This document shows, one piece after another, positions 26,188-31,994 of a stretch of 31,994 nt of DNA. The notes beneath the pieces are model-generated. The model worked only from the letters and a program-made list of their open reading frames with translations. It searched no databases and was not told where the DNA came from. Position 1 is the first letter of the stretch. Each line of letters begins with the position of its first letter. The DNA is from Chloroflexota bacterium (lineage in GTDB: Bacteria; Chloroflexota; UBA6077; JACCZL01): NCBI GenBank assembly GCA_013695975.1, contig JACCZL010000451.1, positions 1 through 31,994 on the forward strand, read 5' to 3'. A program made the position numbers and the translations under genes.

Positions 26188-27138
26188 ATGGGGCGCTACC
26201 TCCTCGGCCGGCTGTTCTGGTGCGTGCCGGTGATGCTGGGTGCATCGGTGCTGATCTTCGTCCTGCTGCGGTTTCTGCCGGGCGACGTGGTCGACATCAT
26301 CCTGGGGTCGGAGGGCAGCGCTACTCCAGAGGTGCGCGAGACGATCAGGCGCCTCTTCGGGCTCGATCAGCCGATCTACGTTCAGTACTTCGTCTGGCTC
26401 GGGGCGGTTTTGCGGGGCGATCTCGGCAGCTCGCTCAGGACGAGCGAGCCGGTGGCCGGACTGCTGCTGTCGCGACTGCCGATCACCATCGAGCTGGCCG
26501 TGCTGTCGGTCGCGATCTCGGTCCTGCTGGCCGTGCCATTGGGTGTCGTGGCGGCGGTCAAGCGGGGTGGGCCAGTCGAGCACGTGGCCCGACTGGTTGG
26601 CTTGATCGGGCTGAGTTTGCCGAACTTCTGGCTGGCGACGATGCTCATCCTGGTCGCCTCGCTGGGGTTCGGATGGCTGCCGAGTTTGAACTACGTCAAT
26701 CCGCTCAGGGACCCGATCGAGAACTTGAAGCAGATGCTGATGCCGTCCGTCTCGTTGGCGCTGGCCTTGATGGCGATCGTCTTGCGGATGACGCGCTCGG
26801 CGATGCTGGAGGTGCTCGGCCAGGAGTACGTCAAGACGGCCCGGGCGAAGGGACTCGGGGAGCGGGCCGTCTTGATGGGGCATGCGCTCAAGAACGCGAT
26901 GATTCCCGTGGTCACGGTGGTGGGCATCCAGATGGGGACGTTGTTCGGGAGCACCGTCGTCATCGAGCAGATCTTCGGATTGCCGGGGATGGGTTGGACC
27001 TTTGTCAACGGGATTTATCAGCGCGACTACCCGACGGTGCAGGGGGCCGTCTTGATGCTCGCGCTGACGTTCGTGCTGGTCAACCTGATCGTCGACGTCA
27101 TGTACGCGTATCTCGACCCGCGGATTCGCTATGAATGA
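26188..27138 (+). CDS. ABC transporter permease, DppB/OppB/NikB family
   Basis: LPGDVV, GLDQPIYVQY, GDLGSS, RLPITIELA, RSAMLEVLGQEYVKTARAKGL, HALKNA, RDYPTVQG, DPRIRY. Confidence 0.94.
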   Translation: MGRYLLGRLFWCVPVMLGASVLIFVLLRFLPGDVVDIILGSEGSATPEVRETIRRLFGLDQPIYVQYFVWLGAVLRGDLGSSLRTSEPVAGLLLSRLPITIELAVLSVAISVLLAVPLGVVAAVKRGGPVEHVARLVGLIGLSLPNFWLATMLILVASLGFGWLPSLNYVNPLRDPIENLKQMLMPSVSLALALMAIVLRMTRSAMLEVLGQEYVKTARAKGLGERAVLMGHALKNAMIPVVTVVGIQMGTLFGSTVVIEQIFGLPGMGWTFVNGIYQRDYPTVQGAVLMLALTFVLVNLIVDVMYAYLDPRIRYE

Positions 27139-27147
27139 CTGGGCGCC

Positions 27148-28040
27148 ATGAGTGAGCAGGCCGCGACGTTTGGGCGCGAGCTGCCGGTGGCTGCCGTTCG
27201 GCGAGGTCCCGGACGGGCCGTCCGCCTCAAGCGGCTGGTCGCGAACAATCCGCTTGGCGTGGTCGGGGCGGCGCTGATCGGGCTGCTCTTGCTCACCGCC
27301 GCGCTGGCGAATGTCCTCGCCCCGTTCGATCCGTCGGCCCAGATCGCGCGGCGGCTGACCGGACCGGGCGGTGAGTATCTGCTTGGGACCGACGAGCTCG
27401 GGCGCGACATCCTGAGCCGGATCATCTACGGCACCCGAATCTCGCTCTACGTGGGTGTGGTCTCGGTCGGCATCGCGCTCGGGATTGGCGGCACGCTCGG
27501 GCTCCTCGCCGGTTACTTCGGTGGCTGGGTCGACAACCTCCTGATGCGGCTGATGGACGTGATGTTCGCGATACCATCGCTGGTACTGGCGATCGCGATC
27601 ACCGGTATTCTTGGTCCGAATCTGAGGAACGCGATGATCGCGATTGCCTGGTGTACACGCCGACCTTCGCGCGGGTCGCGCGCGGCCCGGTCCTGTCGGT
27701 CGTGCAGCACGACTACGTGGCGGCGGCGCGGACGGTCGGGGCGCGCCACGGGCGGATCCTTCTGCGGCATGTCCTACCGAACGTGACCGCGCCGATCATC
27801 GTCCAGACGACGCTGAGCCTGTCCACGGCGATTTTGACTGAGGCGGTGTTGAGCTTCCTCGGCCTGGGGACTCAGCCGCCGGAGCCGTCATGGGGGACGA
27901 TGCTGGGGACCGGCCGCAAGTTTATGGAGACGGCGCCCTGGGTGGCGGTCTTCCCCGGGTTTGCCATCATGCTGGCCGTGCTGGGCTTCAATTTGCTGGG
28001 GGACGGGCTGCGGGATGCTCTCGATCCGCGTCTTCGGTAG
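27148..28040 (+). pseudogene. ABC transporter permease, DppC/OppC/NikC family, split by a 1-nt deletion near 27648 (true pseudogene or sequencing error)
   Basis: LLGTDELGRDILSRIIYGTRISL in the first frame; YTPTFARVARG, HVLPN, FLGLG.QPPEPSWG, GDGLRDALDPR in the second; ATT GCC TG GTG TAC becomes IALVY if one C is added. Confidence 0.85.
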
Positions 28041-28053
28041 CGCCGCTCGAGAG

Positions 28054-28323
28054 TTAGAGATCGTCCGGCTCGACGCTGTGAGTCACGGAATCGATGAAGG
28101 CGTAGGCGCGTCGGAACCGGCGAAGCACGCCTTCGAGCGAGTCTCCCTGGGCGGGGGTGTAGGATTCCGCCCAGCGCGCCGCGAGCTGGATCCTCGCCAT
28201 GTTCTCGTCGCCGCTGCCCACGCCGATCTGCTCGTTGGCGGCGCGCGTCTCGCCGAAGCGGTCGGTCGGCGCTGGCTCGGCGTGCGGCTCGGCCTGGACG
28301 GCGCCGACGGTTGAGTCATCCAC
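28054..28323 (-). CDS. Small acidic hypothetical protein (89 aa)
   Basis: GTG start with upstream GGGAG; candidate -10 TATAGT at 28359-28364 (-); helical-looking C-terminus DSLEGVLRRFRRAYAFIDSV; fills an otherwise empty gap. Confidence 0.65.
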   Translation of the reverse strand: MDDSTVGAVQAEPHAEPAPTDRFGETRAANEQIGVGSGDENMARIQLAARWAESYTPAQGDSLEGVLRRFRRAYAFIDSVTHSVEPDDL

Positions 28324-28499
28324 AGCTTCTCGCTCCCTCGTTGGTGACTGTCGTCGGGACTATAGCGGACGCGCGAGCCGTCTTCCAGGGTTGTCGGCTG
28401 GTTGGTCTCTGGTTCGAAGGGCCGCGATTCTCTCCTGGAGGGCGCGCTCGAGTACCGCGGACGAGCCTGGAGCGTCGCGGGAACGAGGAGGTACGATCG

Positions 28500-28868
28500 A
28501 TGGAAGGCGCGTTCAGCTACAACTCGGAGCTGCCGGGCGGGCGGGCGCCATTCTGGATCAAGGACCATGCGCTGGCCGGGATCGGGCTCCGGCCTGGCGA
28601 CGCCGTGAGCGTTGACTCGGGCGAGGAGCCGAAGGGGGGCGAGCTCGTGCTAGTCGAGCTCGAGACGGACGATGGCGGGTCCGACAGGACGGTACGTCGC
28701 TATTTCGAGCGAGGTGAGGACGTGCTGCTCAAGGCCGAGAACGATGCCTTCCCGGACATCGTACTGGCGAGCAGCCGTGTCTTGCTCGTCGGGGTGGTCA
28801 AGACACGAGTCCGTTTCGAGGCTGCGAGCGACGATCGAACGCGGGTCGTCGAGGAGCCGCTGGACTAG
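28500..28868 (+). CDS. Stand-alone peptidase S24 (LexA/UmuD C-terminal-like) domain, predicted catalytically inactive
   Basis: GIGLRPGDAVSVD, GGELVLVE, TVRRY, LLKAENDAFPDI, LVGVV match the LexA CTD pattern; strong SD GAGGAGGT 28485-28492; no HTH. Confidence 0.78.
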   Translation: MEGAFSYNSELPGGRAPFWIKDHALAGIGLRPGDAVSVDSGEEPKGGELVLVELETDDGGSDRTVRRYFERGEDVLLKAENDAFPDIVLASSRVLLVGVVKTRVRFEAASDDRTRVVEEPLD

Positions 28869-29659
28869 CGCCGATCGGCCTCTTCCGCAAGGAGCGTCAG
28901 GACCGCCGCGACATCGAGACCTGGATGTTGGATGGCCGCCCGCTGGAAGGCGTCGGTCGGATCCTGGCCGCGGGCCTCGAACCGGGCTCGAAGGCTCAGC
29001 GCGCTGTCGCGCAGATCATCCCAGTCAGTCGGTCGCTCGCCGTGCTCCCAGGGTAGATCGAGGTATTGCAGCGCCCGCTCGTCCGAGGACGCCTCTAGCC
29101 GCTCGCGCAGTTGCATGGTGTGGATCGCCGCGAGACCGTATCCCAGCGTCTCGCCGACGATGTGGCGCTCGATCGCGCGTCGGCTGTCGTCGTCGAGATC
29201 CTCGAGCAGGGGATCGCGGTCGAGCAAGCGGGCGTTGCGCGGGTGGCCCTCAACGTCGAGATCGTCCGGGTCATCGAAGATCGAGCGCGACGGCCGCGGG
29301 GCGCGGCGCGCCACCAGCTCGAGGAGGGCTTCGGGGGTGGTGCCGGATGGGGCGCCGAACGCTGCCTCGGAGAGATCGTCCTGGAGCTCACGCCAGCCAT
29401 GCGGCAGCTCGCCGTCGACGTAGCGGCGATCGAGGTAAGCGGTGGCCTCTGGGTCGGTCACGATCTCGGGCGCGGTGTAGAGGGCCGCGACGTCAGAGGG
29501 GCTAGCCCCGCCCTTCAGGCACGACTGAGCCAGAAAGTGGCGGATGAGCTGGGCCGTCGCCGTCGCCAGGTCGTCCAGGGCGGGCCCAGGCTTGTCGAGG
29601 GGCAGCTCCGGTCCTTCGTCAGAAGGCCGGTCCTGCTCGACACCGTTCCAATGCATCAT
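28865..29659 (-). CDS. Hypothetical acidic protein (264 aa), no family recognised
   Basis: Protein-like composition unlike the Arg/Pro-rich shadow ORFs; shares a CTAG stop overlap with the S24 gene; start 29659 or 29656. Confidence 0.72.
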   Translation of the reverse strand: MMHWNGVEQDRPSDEGPELPLDKPGPALDDLATATAQLIRHFLAQSCLKGGASPSDVAALYTAPEIVTDPEATAYLDRRYVDGELPHGWRELQDDLSEAAFGAPSGTTPEALLELVARRAPRPSRSIFDDPDDLDVEGHPRNARLLDRDPLLEDLDDDSRRAIERHIVGETLGYGLAAIHTMQLRERLEASSDERALQYLDLPWEHGERPTDWDDLRDSALSLRARFEARGQDPTDAFQRAAIQHPGLDVAAVLTLLAEEADRR

Positions 29660-29734
29660 GTCACCAATAGCTTAACGCACGAGCGGGGAATTCGGTCCCC
29701 TGAGGGAAGGGCTTCGGTGCCCAAAGGCGGGCTA

Positions 29735-29743
29735 TGGTACGCT
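29735..29743 (+). promoter_or_regulatory. Candidate extended -10 (TGnTACGCT) for a near-leaderless IMPase-MFS transcript
   Basis: TG-g-TACGCT 8 nt upstream of ATG 29752; no properly spaced SD. Confidence 0.45.
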
Positions 29744-29751
29744 GACGGGAC

Positions 29752-30753
29752 ATGGAGGACGTACGCCGCGACCGCCGGTACCTCGCCGAGCTGGAGGAGG
29801 TGGCCGCGGCGGTCACCGGTCGGGCCGGGGCCATGCTGCTGGAGCGGTACGGCGCCCCGATCAGCGTCGAGTTCAAGGACGAGAAGCGGACCGATCCGGT
29901 CACCGAGGCCGACCGAGCCGTCGAAGCGTTCGTCCGAAGCGAGCTGCTCGGCCACTTTCCGGCGCACGGGTTCCTGGGCGAAGAGGGGACGTTGGAGGGC
30001 GCCGACGCCGAATACCTGTGGGTGCTCGATCCCCTTGACGGCACGGCCAACTTCGCTGGGCGGTTGCCGTTCTTCGGCGTGTCACTGGCGCTGCTCCGGA
30101 ATGGGGTGACCGTGGTCGGTTGCCTCTTCGTGCCTTTCGGCCCACGACTTCGGGCCGGGGTGCTGCGCTGCTCGTACGGCAACGGTGCGTCGATCGACGG
30201 CGACCGGCTGCGCCTCCCGCGCACGCCGTTTCGGCCGACTGGACCGGTCGCCCTTCCGCCGGCGCACCGTTGGGCCTTTCAGATGCGTGGCGAGCTGGCC
30301 AAGCGGCCGGGTGAGCTTCGCAACCTGGGCAGCATCTGCTACGAGCTGGCGATGGTCGTGGGGGGCGGTTTCCAGTACGCGGCCTTCGTGCGGCCGCGGA
30401 TCTGGGACGTGGCGGCCGGCGCACTGCTCGTGCGTGAGGCGGGTGGGGCAGCGCTCACCTGGGATGGGCGCTCGTGGCGGTCGCTCGAACGCTTCGTTGC
30501 GCCACCCCTCAGCCGTCGTGGCAAGCCGACCACGCTGCGTGATTGGGGGCAAGCGGTCCTGGTGGGAGCGCCCTGCCCGATGCAGCGCCTCGCTCGGGAG
30601 CTCCGCGTCAGGCCGGCTCCGCCCCTGGCCCTTCGGTGGGCGTTCCGCCGGCAGCGGGACGTTCAAGGCTGGTGGCGGCGTCGCACGGCCGGCTCGCAGC
30701 CGAAGGCAGACCGCGTCTCGAGTGGGACCTCCACCGCCAGCGGCCCGCCGTGA
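29752..30753 (+). CDS. Inositol monophosphatase family protein (SuhB-like)
   Basis: DPVTEADRAVE, FLGEEG, WVLDPLDGTANF, RNLGSICYEL, WDVAAGALLVREAGG. Confidence 0.92.
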   Translation: MEDVRRDRRYLAELEEVAAAVTGRAGAMLLERYGAPISVEFKDEKRTDPVTEADRAVEAFVRSELLGHFPAHGFLGEEGTLEGADAEYLWVLDPLDGTANFAGRLPFFGVSLALLRNGVTVVGCLFVPFGPRLRAGVLRCSYGNGASIDGDRLRLPRTPFRPTGPVALPPAHRWAFQMRGELAKRPGELRNLGSICYELAMVVGGGFQYAAFVRPRIWDVAAGALLVREAGGAALTWDGRSWRSLERFVAPPLSRRGKPTTLRDWGQAVLVGAPCPMQRLARELRVRPAPPLALRWAFRRQRDVQGWWRRRTAGSQPKADRVSSGTSTASGPP

Positions 30754-31964
30754 GCGGTCGGCGCCCCCTACAAGGGTGGCGCGCCGTCAACACCCTGTTC
30801 TTCGTCTCGACGGTGCTCGAGTCGATGGCGATGGGTCACCAGACGGCGTTCACCCCGCTGTTCCTGGAAGAGATCGGGGTGGCGCGGAGCGAGATCGGGG
30901 TCTGGACAGGGCTCCTGTACGCGGCGATGATGGCGGTGGCGTTCCCGCTCGCGCCGTTCTGGGGGGCGCTCGCCGAGCGGTACTCGCGCCGCCTGATCAT
31001 CGTGCGCAGCCAATATCTCGAAGCCGTCGCCTACGCGGCGATGGCCCTGGCTCCGGACGTCTGGTGGCTTCTGGCGGCGCGGCTCGTGCTCGGCCTGACC
31101 TTCGGAAACATCGCCGTCGTCATCGCGACCCAGACGCTCCTGACCCCTCGCCGGCATGTCGGCACGGCGATCGCGACAGTCCAGGCAGCGGCGCCGATCG
31201 CCGCTAGCTTCGGGCCACCACTCGGGGCCTGGCTCGTGGAATCGATCGGACTGCGCGGCCTGTTCCTCCTCGACGCTGGGGCCGCGCTCTGCGCCGCCGT
31301 GCTCGTGACCGTCCTGATGCCGGAGCCAGCCCATCAGGATCGCAAGCGGTCGGTGCTGGCGCGGACGCGTGAGACGTCGTGGCTGGTCTGGCGCAACGCG
31401 GCCATCCGCTGGAACTTCGGCGGCTGGTTCCTGGGCCAGGGCGGGCGCTCGATCGTCGACGCCTATCTCCCGCTCCGAATCGCCCAGTTGACGCCGGATC
31501 CAGCGCCAGCGATCGGCGTGATCCTCGGCGTCTATGGGATCCTCACCGCTGCCGCCACGTGGCTGGTTGCACGGCTCGTCGACGAGACTGGCGGGGTACG
31601 CTGGTTTTTGCCGGCTATGGTCCTGGGCGCCGTCGCCACGCTCGGACTGGCGTTTGCCCCGACGCTGTGGAGCATCGCCCTGCTTGCCTGGGCTCGGTCA
31701 CTCCCGTTCGCCGCCAACAACACGCTGCTCTACGCCCAGCTTGCCCGAACGCTGCCGGTGGGGCAGCAAACCTCGGTCATGGCGATGACCCCGATGCCGC
31801 GCAACGTTGCCGCCTTTAGCTGGCCGCTGCTGGCGGCCGCGGCGGCGCCGTTCGGCGTCGGCGCGGCCCTTGCCGTCGGGGCGGGGGCGTACGCCGGAGC
31901 CGCCGTAGTCGGCTGGCTCCTGATTCGGGCGACCACCAGGTCCCAAAATGCACCGCGACCGTGA
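30750..31964 (+). CDS. MFS transporter (DHA1/MdtG-like)
   Basis: About 12 hydrophobic segments; motif A-like WGALAERYSRR and ARLVDETG; motif C-like SFGPPLGA; GTG 30750 overlaps the IMPase stop (GTGA). Confidence 0.9.
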   Translation: MSGRRPLQGWRAVNTLFFVSTVLESMAMGHQTAFTPLFLEEIGVARSEIGVWTGLLYAAMMAVAFPLAPFWGALAERYSRRLIIVRSQYLEAVAYAAMALAPDVWWLLAARLVLGLTFGNIAVVIATQTLLTPRRHVGTAIATVQAAAPIAASFGPPLGAWLVESIGLRGLFLLDAGAALCAAVLVTVLMPEPAHQDRKRSVLARTRETSWLVWRNAAIRWNFGGWFLGQGGRSIVDAYLPLRIAQLTPDPAPAIGVILGVYGILTAAATWLVARLVDETGGVRWFLPAMVLGAVATLGLAFAPTLWSIALLAWARSLPFAANNTLLYAQLARTLPVGQQTSVMAMTPMPRNVAAFSWPLLAAAAAPFGVGAALAVGAGAYAGAAVVGWLLIRATTRSQNAPRP

Positions 31965-31994
31965 GGGAGCGGCCCGGACCCACGATGCCTACGC

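Noticed and set aside
28481-28494. GAAC-N6-GTAC upstream of the S24 gene as a LexA (Cheo-type) box
   Set aside because: The Firmicutes/Chloroflexi-type box is GAAC-N4-GTTC; spacing is wrong and the site is mostly the SD
1-31994. Frequent CGATCG/GCGATCGC hexamers as a HIP1-like signal
   Set aside because: Explained by ATC (Ile) and GAT (Asp) codons in GC-rich context; enrichment cannot be shown without a codon-aware count
1-31994. tRNA, rRNA, IS elements, integrases or prophage genes
   Set aside because: No cloverleaf or T-loop signatures, DDE/tyrosine recombinase motifs, terminal inverted repeats or compositional shift seen

Overview
High-GC bacterial chromosomal segment, most likely Chloroflexota. 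That assignment is an inference from gene content, the Tat-lipoprotein with a Pro/Ala-rich linker and the surface-protein C-terminal domain. It is mostly core genes; I saw no transposase, integrase, tRNA, rRNA or CRISPR array. In order: (-) membrane protein, ECF sigma and RskA-like zinc anti-sigma, all translationally coupled; (+) pgpH-type 7TM-HD phosphodiesterase, ybeY, dgkA; (-) 4-TM protein and a single-domain receiver with Glu at the phospho-acceptor site; (+) secreted 7-bladed beta-propeller protein; (+) Wzz/CpsC (probable CTG start), CpsD tyrosine kinase, rfbA, rfbB; purA; amylo-alpha-1,6-glucosidase; (-) orphan murG-like gene; (+) a BldC/MerR-like mini-regulator coupled to a sirC-hemA-hemC-cobA/hemD-hemB-hemL operon; a D-2-hydroxyacid dehydrogenase; a family 5 ABC transporter with a heptamer inverted repeat, a frameshifted second permease and no ATPase; three orphans including a stand-alone LexA/UmuD-type S24 domain lacking both catalytic residues; an inositol monophosphatase and an MFS transporter. 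The best leads are the dead S24 domain and its neighbours, the BldC-like head of the hem operon, two RBS-associated hairpin or repeat elements, and the Glu-substituted receiver. All family calls come from manual motif reading, not database searches.
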